From contig JAEOTP010000043.1 of assembly GCA_016839765.1 (NCBI GenBank), forward strand, positions 1 through 64,000: DNA of 64,000 nt. The letters run 5' to 3'. The notes under the pieces are model-generated. The model was not told where the DNA came from. It saw nothing but the letters and a program-made list of their open reading frames with translations, and ran no database searches. Position 1 is the first letter of the stretch. Every line of letters starts with the position of its first letter. Below, in pieces: positions 10,899 through 21,018 of this stretch. The translations under genes were made by a program, and so were the position numbers. Origin of the DNA: Promethearchaeota archaeon (GTDB taxonomy: Archaea > Asgardarchaeota > Lokiarchaeia > Sigyniarchaeales > SOKP01).

Positions 10899-11003
10899 GG
10901 GCCTATAATCTAGTCTGGATTTGATTTTCCATTCATGAAAATTGACAGAAAGGGTGCCCGGCTTCGGACTGGGATGTCGCAGGTTCAAATCCTGCTAGGC
11001 CCG
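10899..11003 (+). tRNA. tRNA-Arg(TCG) with a D-loop intron (about 10920..10951)
   Basis: GGGCCTA/TAGGCCC acceptor stem, CCCGG-CTTCGGA-CTGGG anticodon arm, GGTTCAAATCC T-arm. D-loop insert with TCTG/CAGA central helix and a 9-bp intron helix. Confidence 0.9.
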
Positions 11004-11521
11004 CTCTTTTATTACTCTTTTAAAAGGAAAGTACAATAAATATGTAAGCTAAATAAATATCTATAATTGAAACTATTAGACTAATTATACCGGCAATTAA
11101 AGCTATTATACCAAGTGTTTTACCCATATTTATTTCTCTATGGATTTCTTTTTTTTTTAATTTAATAATTTATAGTGTTAGTAATAGAACTACTAATTTT
11201 CTTTTGAATCTAATAATCTATAAGGATTATACTTAAATGTTAAGCTGATCCAAAAAGTTATAAAAAAGATATGAAAAATGCGTGTAATTATCGTTTATAA
11301 ATCTTCCAGCTCTTTTTTATGGTTGGTGTTCCGGAAAAAAGGGGTTCTAATCAATAATTTTCGATTAGATACAGGTAAAGAATCAGTTTTTCTATCATAT
11401 CCTGATTTTGAACCATATAGAAAAATTCTACTAAAAAACAAAAAGAGTAAGAGATAATTTATGAAACTCAACTACTAATTCTTATAAAATAATAGGAAAA
11501 AAAGTTTATAACAAAAGAAAT

Positions 11522-11545
11522 ATTGAGATTTTCTAAAATCTCAAT
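11522..11545. repeat. Perfect 11-bp inverted repeat ATTGAGATTTT-CT-AAAATCTCAAT
   Basis: Seen directly. It overlaps the stop codon of the frameshifted minus-strand ORF. Confidence 0.7.
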
Positions 11546-11831
11546 TTTATTTCCAAATGAGATTTGAACTTACTATTTAAATCCTTTCCTAACAATAATT
11601 CCCAAAATTGCTCAATTATTTCTCCAACGTCAGAATAATATTGGAGATTTAGCCTCTCTTCTGAATTGTGAGACTTTGAATTATAAAAATTATAAAGATT
11701 TTCAATAAAATCAGAATATTCTTTTGAATTGAGTAGGTTATTTATAAAATCTATAGAATTTAATTGAATTTTTTCTTTTTTCTAAATTGGCTTATATAAT
11801 GTTCTAAATTGAAATCTATCATTTGTTCCAT
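11533..11831 (-). CDS. Small hypothetical gene interrupted by a -1 frameshift (about 99 aa if joined; recoded gene or pseudogene)
   Basis: AGGGGA SD plus ATG at 11831 gives MEQMIDFNLEHYISQFRKKKKFN*. The -1 frame opens at AGA AAA AAG and runs about 82 codons to TAG at 11533. Confidence 0.5.
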
Positions 11832-12155
11832 ATAAATATCCCCTGTTTTAGATTATTTTTAATTAATGAGTTTTTTATAACAAATAATGAAAAATAAGAA
11901 AATTATATAAAATTAATTTTCCTTTAAATATACGATTTCCTATTATGTACGGGTGAAACAGAATAGAAATAATATTTAAATATTTAAATTCAATTAAAAT
12001 TTTAAACAATTAATAAAAAGTGATTAACACAAATCATTTTGATTTTTTGTACACAAATAGATATTATTAACACAAAAGTTTATAAATATGAATATGATAT
12101 TTATTTGTTAGCAAACAAAAAAAATTATTTACACAATAATAATCCTTAAAAAATT

Positions 12156-12956
12156 ATGATTGTTGTAGAAAGCTCCATTCCCGAAATAATTGAGAGTTAT
12201 CATCCTCTAGAAATGTTGGGGTTAGGCTTGGTATCTATAAAATTGAGAAATCATAATGTAATTTTTCGCAAAGGGATTGGAACCCCTCTCCTAAATAAAT
12301 TGATTAAAGTTTATAAAAAACAGATCATTGAAATAAAAGAAGGTAAAATTATCGAATTGGTAGGTAGTTTTACTGTTTATATTCACTTTTATGAATTAGA
12401 AAGAGAAATTGTTGCCATTTTCTATGTGAACGAAAAGGATAAATTAATAAAATATGAGGAGTTATGTTCAATTTCTAATATATTGTTGAGATGTTATTGT
12501 TCTAATGTTTCAGATTTAGAACTGAATCGTATTTGTAATAAAATAATCCCCTGTGTTAAAGGAATTTCTGCTCTATTTATTGTTTATAGTTCTGGACACG
12601 CTTTATTTGCAAAAGTTAATAAAGACAAGAAGTTCCTAGCAAAAAATTATATCCAAGTTAGTGGATTTATTTCAGCAATTTTAGCATTCTCGAAAGAAGT
12701 AATAGGAAAAGAATCAGGAGAAAGTCTACAAGCAATTAATTTTGAAAATGAAAAGTTTTTTGTCCACTTAAGAGGTGATATTATATTTGCATATCTTATT
12801 GATAAAAAAAATGAGCCAAAAAATCTTGAAAGATTCATACATTTAATCGCAGATGAATTTATAGAAAGATTTGATGATAATTTAAAAGATTTTCATGGTG
12901 ATGTTACCCCTTTTAGTGAGTTCGAAAGAATTGTTGATAACTACTTATTAATTTAA
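12156..12956 (+). CDS. Longin/roadblock-like domain protein
   Basis: C-terminal half (SGHALFAK..VSGFISAILAFSKEV..ADEFIERF) fits the Asgard longin-like pattern. Confidence 0.6.
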   Translation: MIVVESSIPEIIESYHPLEMLGLGLVSIKLRNHNVIFRKGIGTPLLNKLIKVYKKQIIEIKEGKIIELVGSFTVYIHFYELEREIVAIFYVNEKDKLIKYEELCSISNILLRCYCSNVSDLELNRICNKIIPCVKGISALFIVYSSGHALFAKVNKDKKFLAKNYIQVSGFISAILAFSKEVIGKESGESLQAINFENEKFFVHLRGDIIFAYLIDKKNEPKNLERFIHLIADEFIERFDDNLKDFHGDVTPFSEFERIVDNYLLI

Positions 12957-13076
12957 AAGTATTTCATTTCCAAAGCTCAAATTAAAATGATATAGTTTAA
13001 CCTATGTATAGATTTTATTGCTTAGATGTTTTTTTAGCAAAAATATATAAGGTTCTGAGATATAAATTATATAGTT

Positions 13077-13433
13077 ATGACGGTTTTAATAGATTTGGAC
13101 TTAATTTTAAAGAATCTAATAAGTGAGTTAGGATCGTCAGTCTATTTTATTCTAATCTCCTCAGAAAATGGAGCTGTTATAAAATCGTATATAAATGAGG
13201 AAGAATTCAATAAAGCTTCAATATCACTGAATATATCACAACTTTATGAGCTAGCTGAAGAGACCGCTGAATCAATCGGCTTACACAATCCAGATTTTAA
13301 TATTATTCACTCAGATAATTATTACATTTTATCAATTAAAATTCTTGAAAAATTAATAATACTCTTAACTGTAGATCAAATAAGAGTTAAAGAAGTGTTT
13401 AGGATAATTAATAATTCGATAAATCCTCCATAA
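13077..13433 (+). CDS. Roadblock/LC7-like protein
   Basis: 118 aa with helix, ILISSENGAVI, helix, three strands and a final helix. Confidence 0.55.
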   Translation: MTVLIDLDLILKNLISELGSSVYFILISSENGAVIKSYINEEEFNKASISLNISQLYELAEETAESIGLHNPDFNIIHSDNYYILSIKILEKLIILLTVDQIRVKEVFRIINNSINPP

Positions 13434-13716
13434 CGAGCTTTCTCTTTTCCTTTCATGAGTAAGATAAAAAAGTAGAAAAAAATATGAATATTTATTACAA
13501 ATAAGTTTTTGGTATAGGGATTTATTATAATGGCGGAGTAAAAAAGTTTCACAACTTGTATACCTGTCGCATTAATAATTTAATTATCTTTATTTATATT
13601 TTAATCTTCATGGATTATTTTTTCTTTTTTTCTTAATCAATAATGCAAAAATTGGACTCTTGAAAAAATATATACTTTTGAACTTTTTATAAATCAAAAC
13701 AATTATAAAAACTATA

Positions 13717-14217
13717 ATGAAGTATTCTCAAAACCAATATAATCAAGGATTTTCAATTTGTGCCTTAATAATCGCAGGAGTGTTTTTTTATTGGGGAATT
13801 AGTGCATTTCTTAATATTGTCTGGCATTTTGGATTCAATTGGATGGGTTTTGTTTGGTTTGGTCTTGGAGCAGCAATTCTGGGCAGCCAAATAGCAGCAT
13901 TAGTTAATAGAAGTAAATTAAGAAATATAGTATTACAGGAACATCGTCATAATCCAAATATCTCTGTTGAGGAGATTAGTGCTAATACTGGAATATCAGT
14001 TAGAGATGTGAGAGCGATAATTTTAGATTTAAAAGCTAATGGAATGTTAAGAGGTCAATTTTCATCTTCCACTGGAGAAGCTAAATCAATGGAAGTAGTT
14101 CCAAAATTAGACAAAGAACTGGTTACTCAAGAAAAAAGTAGGTATTGCTCAAATTGTGGTACTCCGATTGAAAGTGAAAACGCAGCATTCTGTGCCTATT
14201 GTGGCTCTAAATTATAA
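13717..14217 (+). CDS. Two-TM membrane protein with winged-helix and C-terminal zinc ribbon
   Basis: Two TM segments, HTH-like ISVEEISANTGISVRDV, and CSNCG...CAYCG. Confidence 0.75.
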   Translation: MKYSQNQYNQGFSICALIIAGVFFYWGISAFLNIVWHFGFNWMGFVWFGLGAAILGSQIAALVNRSKLRNIVLQEHRHNPNISVEEISANTGISVRDVRAIILDLKANGMLRGQFSSSTGEAKSMEVVPKLDKELVTQEKSRYCSNCGTPIESENAAFCAYCGSKL

Positions 14218-14391
14218 TTTTTTTATGAGTTTTTTTTATTTTCTATTATATGTGAAAGCTGCGGGTTATACTAGATTTACATACTCGTAAATATCATTAG
14301 AGATTAAATAAAACTTTGCTAATTGAATTTTTGATATAGTGTTTTAAATTTTAAAATGAAAATATATAAAAAAAGAATTATAATTTATTTT

Positions 14392-15795
14392 TTATATGGA
14401 GCCTAGCTTCTTTTTATGCAACTCAGTCAACTTCTTTCGATTTTCAGCCAATTTTGCCCCTTTAATTGGATAAAAGTATAAACCGATAAAGGAAAGTACT
14501 AAAACTATTGCAGGATATATACCCATAAGTACTCTTAGGCCCACGATAACATCAACTCCCGGATTTGGTGTATAATTATACCAATCAGTTGATGTAAATA
14601 CAATCCCAATAATAACGAAATTTAGAATCATTGATAACCTAATTAGGAAGTTAAGAACTGCATAATAAATACCAGATCGTCGCACTCCGTATGTGATTTC
14701 ATCCTCATCGATTATTTCTGCAATACACTGATCATAAAAATATAAACCACCCCCTAAACCGAATCCCATAAATATCATAAAAATTAGTGCCATTGGAAAA
14801 GTATTTGAAAAAGCAAAAAATAATACTGTTACTATCCATACGGCAGTTCCTATCAACCCACTCATTCTAGCTCCTTTCTTAACTCTAATAATTTCCCATA
14901 ATGGTGTAGATAAAGCAGCAACAAGAAGATTAACTAATAGCAGTATCCCAATTAATTCAGCATCTGTAATACCAACTGCATAAGTAAAAAATAGTGGTGC
15001 TAATGTTGGTAGAATATTAATTACAAGCCAGGTACCTAAAGCTGGGAATAAAAACCACTGAAAAGATTTGTGCTTGAGTGTAAATTTTAGGGTTTTTATG
15101 AAAGGCATAGCAGTTTCTGCATCTTTTGAAATATGTTTGGGGTCCTTGACACCCCATTTCAATATTAGAAAGTAAAAAATAAATATGATGATTGCTGCTA
15201 CAATTCCAACAATTAGATATTGAGTTAATGTTGTGTTAACGTTTGCAGGATTACTATTTGTTATATCTTCAATAATAAATGTGGGAAATGCCAAAGCAAA
15301 CGCTGTAGCAATTAAAACAAACATGATACGAATTCTACCAGTTGAACTACGTACTTTCATATCAACAAACATTTCAGAAAAAAGAGCGTTATAATTCAAG
15401 TTGAATGCTGTATATACAATATCAAAAAGGATGAGGATTATCATAAAGTAGATGAAAACTGATTGATTCACATTATAAGTAGATGGGGGAGTAAATAGTA
15501 GGATCATTAAAATTCCAAGTGGTATAGTAGCACCTATCATCCATGGAATCCGACGTCCCCACCTGCTTTTAGTCCTATCAGAAAGATATCCGATTAAAGG
15601 ATCATTAATAGCATTCCATAATGCCCAGAATATAAAACCTAGTGTCATTATGGGGGTAGGTATTCCCACAACAGCAAAATAAAAAGTAAAAATTAGAAAA
15701 GTAAATGTGTTTAACGCCATATTATCTCCAACTTCGCCGCATGCAAACGCAAGTCTCCTACCTAAAGACATTTTTCGAGGTTTTTCCTCATTCAT
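14392..15795 (-). CDS. MFS transporter, GPH/MelB glycoside-cation symporter family
   Basis: WNAINDPLIGYLSDRTKSRWGRRIPW motif and about 12 TM helices. Confidence 0.9.
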   Translation of the reverse strand: MNEEKPRKMSLGRRLAFACGEVGDNMALNTFTFLIFTFYFAVVGIPTPIMTLGFIFWALWNAINDPLIGYLSDRTKSRWGRRIPWMIGATIPLGILMILLFTPPSTYNVNQSVFIYFMIILILFDIVYTAFNLNYNALFSEMFVDMKVRSSTGRIRIMFVLIATAFALAFPTFIIEDITNSNPANVNTTLTQYLIVGIVAAIIIFIFYFLILKWGVKDPKHISKDAETAMPFIKTLKFTLKHKSFQWFLFPALGTWLVINILPTLAPLFFTYAVGITDAELIGILLLVNLLVAALSTPLWEIIRVKKGARMSGLIGTAVWIVTVLFFAFSNTFPMALIFMIFMGFGLGGGLYFYDQCIAEIIDEDEITYGVRRSGIYYAVLNFLIRLSMILNFVIIGIVFTSTDWYNYTPNPGVDVIVGLRVLMGIYPAIVLVLSFIGLYFYPIKGAKLAENRKKLTELHKKKLGSI

Positions 15796-15956
15796 ATAAT
15801 CAACTTTTTTTAAAATTTTTATCTATTAAAACAGATTGTTTTTTTAGTTTTAAAAATTAAAAACAAATGTGATTTACTATTTGTTATTCCACTTTAAAAA
15901 ACTTTCTAAAAATAAAAATTTGGCAATAATGCTAATTTTAACAGAGAGGTGAATAA

Positions 15957-17006
15957 ATGGAAAAAATGCTAGCAGCTGTATTTCATGAAAATGAAAGTGG
16001 CGGTGGTGAAGTCAAGTTAGAAGAAGTAGTTATACCAATAATTATGAAAAATGATCAGATTCTTATTGAAGTAAAAGCATGTGGTATCTGTGGTACTGAT
16101 TTAAAGATTATTGAGGGCGGACATCCTGCTAATGATAATACTATTATAGGACATGAATTCGGTGGAGTAATCAAAGAAATAGGTAAAGATGTAAAAGATT
16201 TAGAAATTGGTGATAATGTAGTAATTGATCCGAATGAAAAATGTGGTTATTGCATTAATTGTAGAAGAGGTTTTTCAAATCTTTGTGATTTTATGGCTTT
16301 AGGTACGACCTTCGGTATTTTTCAGAATGGTGGATTCGCAAAATATTGTATTATCCCAAAGAGTGCGGCCTTTAAACTTCCTGATAATATAGACATGAAT
16401 GCTGCTGCATTAATAGAACCATTATCTTGCGCGGTGCACTGTCATAATATAGCCAATGTTAGAGAATCTGATAATGTGGTAATAATTGGAGCTGGACCTA
16501 TGGGATTGATTATAGAATCTGTAATTAGAAAACATCCAATAAAGAATTTAATTTGCGTTGAATTAAATGATTGGCGTAGAGAAAAAGCTATGGACCTAGG
16601 TGCCGATTTTGTAATAAATCCTAACTCTCAAAATGTCAAAAAGGAAATTATGAGAATTACTAATGAAAACGGAGCAGATGTTATTATCGACGCAGTTGGG
16701 CTTTCAGAAACTTTCGAAATGGGATTAAGTATGTGGGCTCCAGGCGCTAGATTAGTATGTTTTGGACAGGATTATCGTGCTGAAGCTAAAATAAAACCTA
16801 ATGATATTGTAAGATATCAAAGAAAAATTTTAGGCTCTTATATAGGTTATGCTGAGGATTTTTTAGATGCTATTGAATTAATCAATAATAAAGTTATTGA
16901 GATTGAAAAATTAATAACTAAAATAATACCCCTAAACCAATTGATTACAACTGGTTTTCATCTAATGAAAGAGCGAAAATGTGTTAAAATAATCGTCAAT
17001 CCTTAA
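15957..17006 (+). CDS. Zinc-dependent medium-chain alcohol/polyol dehydrogenase
   Basis: CGICGTD, GHEFGG, CGYCINC..C and GAGPMG motifs. Confidence 0.92.
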   Translation: MEKMLAAVFHENESGGGEVKLEEVVIPIIMKNDQILIEVKACGICGTDLKIIEGGHPANDNTIIGHEFGGVIKEIGKDVKDLEIGDNVVIDPNEKCGYCINCRRGFSNLCDFMALGTTFGIFQNGGFAKYCIIPKSAAFKLPDNIDMNAAALIEPLSCAVHCHNIANVRESDNVVIIGAGPMGLIIESVIRKHPIKNLICVELNDWRREKAMDLGADFVINPNSQNVKKEIMRITNENGADVIIDAVGLSETFEMGLSMWAPGARLVCFGQDYRAEAKIKPNDIVRYQRKILGSYIGYAEDFLDAIELINNKVIEIEKLITKIIPLNQLITTGFHLMKERKCVKIIVNP

Positions 17007-17093
17007 TATAGTTCTAAATTTAAACTTTTTATTGAAACAAGAATTATTAAAAAACAAGAAGTTAATATTTTAAAATCCTTAGTTTGAATTTTT

Positions 17094-17639
17094 ATGTCTT
17101 ATGATATTTCTGCTTTGAAAGTTTTAATCAAAAAAATTTTTCCACCTAAAGAATCCGTATATATAGTTGATTCTAATGGCGATGGAATCATGGATTCTAT
17201 TGTTATAAAAGCATTAAATGTATTTATGCCAATTGAAATCCCAGAAAAAATTGAGATCGGAGGCTTTAATACTGAAAATTTTGATCTCTCTAATTTTGAT
17301 TTATCTGAATACGGAAAGCTTTATCTCGATGATAATCCTATCCATATTTCGAAAAAAGATTTTGATATTGAAAAATTAAAAGAACGCTTTTTAATATATC
17401 ATAAAGGTGAAAAATTCAGAATAGATGATTTAATAAGTGGGAAATTAGCAGGAAGATTGATTGCATTAGGAGATAGCATAAATATTCTTATAAAAATAGA
17501 TAAAGACGCAATAAAAAAATTTTCAGAAGGTAAACATAAACTTACAATTGAATCGGAATTAATACCAAAATTAGAATTTTATTTTGAATTAACCAAAAAG
17601 AATCTGGATAAAAAATTAGAAGATATTATTTCTTTCTGA
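17094..17639 (+). CDS. Hypothetical protein with a DxNxDG loop
   Basis: 181-aa ORF. DSNGDGIMD resembles a Ca-binding Dx[DN]xDG motif. Confidence 0.6.
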   Translation: MSYDISALKVLIKKIFPPKESVYIVDSNGDGIMDSIVIKALNVFMPIEIPEKIEIGGFNTENFDLSNFDLSEYGKLYLDDNPIHISKKDFDIEKLKERFLIYHKGEKFRIDDLISGKLAGRLIALGDSINILIKIDKDAIKKFSEGKHKLTIESELIPKLEFYFELTKKNLDKKLEDIISF

Positions 17640-17731
17640 TTAATTAAGATTTTGGATTTTGTTTTTATTTCGCACTATTCAAATTTTTCTATTTATTAAA
17701 GGAGTTTTTATTTCTCAATCTAAAATATTTA

Positions 17732-18361
17732 TTGAGGAGATATAAAGTGGAAGTTATTGAAGAGAAAATTCAAGCACAAAAGAGTGAATCAACTGAATTT
17801 ATACAAATTATGATAAAATGTCCAGTATGCAAATTAAAAAAAAAGTTAAAATTTCCTAAATCAGTTATCAATTATACGAAGCAGCTTACAACTATATCTA
17901 TTCCAAAAGGCTTAGTATGTGAACATCATTTTCAAGCGTTTGTAGATAAAAATTTCATGGTACGCGGATATCAAAAAGTAGATTTTGAATATGCTTCTGA
18001 GTTAGTTAAATCCAAAAAATTAACCCAGAAAGACGGTAATGGTAAAGATAAAGAATTTTCTGAGTATATAATCATTGAAGAAAATTACCTTGCGTATAAA
18101 CCAAAAGAAAATCAAATTATAATCGAAAGAAAGTATAATAACAATGACCTAAAGAAGGCAATCGAGAATAAAGCAAATTCAGTAGATATAAAAAGTACAT
18201 TATTAAAAAGAAATACTAAAAAACTTATTGATAAGAAATCAAAAATGAAACTTGAAGATATTTACGATGAGTTTTGGGATTTTATTGACGAGAATAATAA
18301 AGATTTTCAAAAACTTATCCAGGATGATCACAGACGTGAAACTTTAACAAATAATTTTTAA
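17732..18361 (+). CDS. Hypothetical zinc-binding protein
   Basis: CPVC...CEHHFQAFVDKNFMVRGYQKVDFE. The real start is probably the GTG at about 17747 after GAGGAG. Confidence 0.65.
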   Translation: MRRYKVEVIEEKIQAQKSESTEFIQIMIKCPVCKLKKKLKFPKSVINYTKQLTTISIPKGLVCEHHFQAFVDKNFMVRGYQKVDFEYASELVKSKKLTQKDGNGKDKEFSEYIIIEENYLAYKPKENQIIIERKYNNNDLKKAIENKANSVDIKSTLLKRNTKKLIDKKSKMKLEDIYDEFWDFIDENNKDFQKLIQDDHRRETLTNNF

Positions 18362-18599
18362 ACGAATCAAATTATTTTTTTTCTCTTTAAATCTTCTTAT
18401 TGATGTGAAATAATCTTTATTAAACAATTATATTTTGTAATTATTAAAAGCAATTATTAAAAAAATTGAAGAAGCCCTCACTTATAATCTAAATTATACG
18501 GGACTTAAGCGTGAGAAAATGAAAGAATTAAATATTTATGGCAATAAATTAGTAAACGATTTAAGGAATTATTTAAGTTAACTATTGAGAAGTAATAAG

Positions 18600-18737
18600 T
18601 GCCAAGGGCGAGATTTGAATTCGCGATTCATCGCAAATCGCGATGAAATTCTCGCGATACCCAGATCTTCAGTCTGGTGCGTTCCTACCCAAAATGGAGG
18701 GTAAAGCTCCCATGATTCCGGGCTACGCCACCTTGGC
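18600..18737 (-). tRNA. tRNA-Phe(GAA) with two non-canonical introns (D-loop 18685..18717; T-arm 53/54 18620..18650)
   Basis: GCCAAGG/CCTTGGC acceptor stem and CCAGA-CTGAAGA-TCTGG anticodon arm. Removing both BHB-bounded inserts gives D-loop AGCCCGGGA and T-arm GCGAG-TTCAAAT-CTCGC. Confidence 0.9.
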
Positions 18738-18820
18738 TCTTTTGGAATTTTAAAATTTTTGGGGTTTCAAAATTCGTAATTTAAAAAGTATAAAATATCA
18801 TATAAAGTTTTTTAGAACAT

Positions 18821-19564
18821 CTATTTTTTTAATATTTCTGCCCTCTTTTCCATCACAAGTTTTTCGCTAGCATATCTGAGGATTAAACGAGTAAATCTAT
18901 ACTTATTTTCCATTAGATATTCATAGATTAATTCGGGTTTATACTTTGAGCATGTTTTAAGAAGCCAGCCTATACCCTTCTCAATATAATTTTCATTAGA
19001 AAATTCTAGCATTTTTTGCACAAGGTTATATACATAATCCTTGTCAAATTCCTTTCTTACCATGATAATTTTAAGTAAAAGAACCATAGAACCCCGTTTT
19101 ATCCAAAAATTTTTAGAATTAGCCCATTCATTAATGGTTCGCTTAGCTAATTCTTCATTTCCTTTTTTAGCTAAAAATGGACCTAAAACTCTTATACAAG
19201 AACTATCTAAAACGCTCCAGGTATGGCAATTTTCTAAAAGTTCATCATGAAAAAGTTTAATTGTATTTTGAGTAAAAAATTTCTTAAATCGATTTAGAAA
19301 AAGAAATCCTGCTAATTTTTCTTCCTCGATGTTAGATCTTATTAACTCTTTATAAATCTCAGCGGCATCATTGTAAGTACAGTCAAAGTTATCTGAAACT
19401 GTTTTAACAATCTTATCAATTGTAGCAACTCTGATGCCATATATTTCATAATTATCATTATCAGGGTTTATTATTTTATACATTCGATTCATTTGTTCTT
19501 CCGTTAAATTAGATTTATTCTGTAATAATAACTTTCTTATTTCTTTAACGGCTTTTTGTATCAT
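18821..19564 (-). CDS. AlkD-like DNA alkylation repair protein (HEAT repeat)
   Basis: YGIRV, TWSVLD, WANSKNFWIKR, YIEKGIGWLLK and LRYASEKL motifs. Confidence 0.85.
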   Translation of the reverse strand: MIQKAVKEIRKLLLQNKSNLTEEQMNRMYKIINPDNDNYEIYGIRVATIDKIVKTVSDNFDCTYNDAAEIYKELIRSNIEEEKLAGFLFLNRFKKFFTQNTIKLFHDELLENCHTWSVLDSSCIRVLGPFLAKKGNEELAKRTINEWANSKNFWIKRGSMVLLLKIIMVRKEFDKDYVYNLVQKMLEFSNENYIEKGIGWLLKTCSKYKPELIYEYLMENKYRFTRLILRYASEKLVMEKRAEILKK

Positions 19565-19623
19565 CGAAATTTCATAATCTCTTATTTTAATAAAATAATA
19601 AATGAAATAATAAATCGGTTTAA

Positions 19624-20775
19624 TTAATTAATAAATCTTTCTAAAGTCGTTTTTTCGTGTGTCAATTTAAGCTTTTCTAAATAGGGCTTTACAAATTCAA
19701 TGATTTCCTTTGAAAAATTTTTTAACTTAGATAACTCATCTCGTTTATATACATCAATAATTGACACATCAAGATTATTGAGGTTTAGACCTGCCCATTT
19801 CATATTATTATTTGATTTTCCTGTAGTTATTGCGTCAATGTACTCCTTATTTAGTAGTAGTTCAGCTATTTTATAATTCCATTTTCTATAATCATTTGGA
19901 ATCCAACGTTTAACGCGAACTGCTAACTTATATTCCTGGCATAAGTTATATAACTTTGAATTTAATTTTCGAACATAATTTGCTGGAGGATTCGTTAGCC
20001 CTTTATATAGCTCTAAAAGTGGTTTGACAATATAGTTATATTTACTATTCTTTAATTTTTTAATAAAGAATTGAGCTTGGGCATCTCTTAAAGTTAATCC
20101 TGGAGCAAATAATACAAATTCTGCACCAGCCTTTTTTGATTGTTTAATAACATCTTCGAGACTTGCGTCGTCATCCTCTAAAAAAGGAATAATAGGCATA
20201 AAATATATACCTACTTGTATTTCTGGAGCTTTTATTTTGATAGTATGCAATGCTTTTAAACGTTCAGAAGGGTTTGATGAATTTGGTTCTAATAAATTTG
20301 CTAATTCTTCATTTACTGTAGAAATAGAGAAACCAACTGTACTCCAAGTCTCCTTAGCTATTTCTTTTAAAATATCAACATCTCTCGTAATTAAACTTGA
20401 TTTGGTTGCGATATTAACTGGAAATTCATGTTTTTTTAATACTTCTAATATTTTTCTTGTATTTTTTTGAGTTTTTTCTACGGGTTGATATGCATCGCAT
20501 ACGCCTCCCGGTCCTATAACATCTGGTAAGAGTGTTCGTGCTCGTTGTATTCTTTGTTCTAATTTTTTATCAGTATTTATCTTTACTACAATTTCATTTT
20601 CAAAATCTTGTTCTAAATAATATCTTTCACTTCTTGCATCGCAATAAATACAAGTATGAGCACAACCAGAATAAGGATTAATTGTGTATCGTGCCCAGAA
20701 CCATGAATCAGGATACTTTAATTTGTTTAATGCTGATTTAAATTCCTTATGAATTATTTTAAAACTGTTTCGCAT
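19624..20775 (-). CDS. Radical SAM protein, SplB/Rv2578c-like DNA-repair family
   Basis: INPYSGCAHTCIYCDAR, DAYQPVE and ATKSSLITRD motifs. Confidence 0.88.
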   Translation of the reverse strand: MRNSFKIIHKEFKSALNKLKYPDSWFWARYTINPYSGCAHTCIYCDARSERYYLEQDFENEIVVKINTDKKLEQRIQRARTLLPDVIGPGGVCDAYQPVEKTQKNTRKILEVLKKHEFPVNIATKSSLITRDVDILKEIAKETWSTVGFSISTVNEELANLLEPNSSNPSERLKALHTIKIKAPEIQVGIYFMPIIPFLEDDDASLEDVIKQSKKAGAEFVLFAPGLTLRDAQAQFFIKKLKNSKYNYIVKPLLELYKGLTNPPANYVRKLNSKLYNLCQEYKLAVRVKRWIPNDYRKWNYKIAELLLNKEYIDAITTGKSNNNMKWAGLNLNNLDVSIIDVYKRDELSKLKNFSKEIIEFVKPYLEKLKLTHEKTTLERFIN

Positions 20776-20856
20776 TTTTCATACAAAGATTTTGATATTG
20801 CTAAATAATAATTAAAAGAATTTAAGATTATCCTTCAAATATTCCATTAAATTTAA

Positions 20857-20940
20857 GAAAAAACGCCCTTTTCATATAAATATTGAAGTGATGAAAATAT
20901 GGAAATGGAAAAGATATTCTTATATCAAGGGCGTCTTTTC
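20857..20940 (-). ncRNA. Putative stem-loop RNA or repeated element, copy 1
   Basis: 14-bp terminal inverted repeat with one G-U pair on the minus strand, around a loop conserved with copy 2. Confidence 0.55.
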
Positions 20941-21018
20941 AACTAATGCATAAATATTTTTTGTTTTTTTTACAAATAATGAGCAAAAATTATACGTAAA
21001 TAAATCTTAAAAAAAAAA

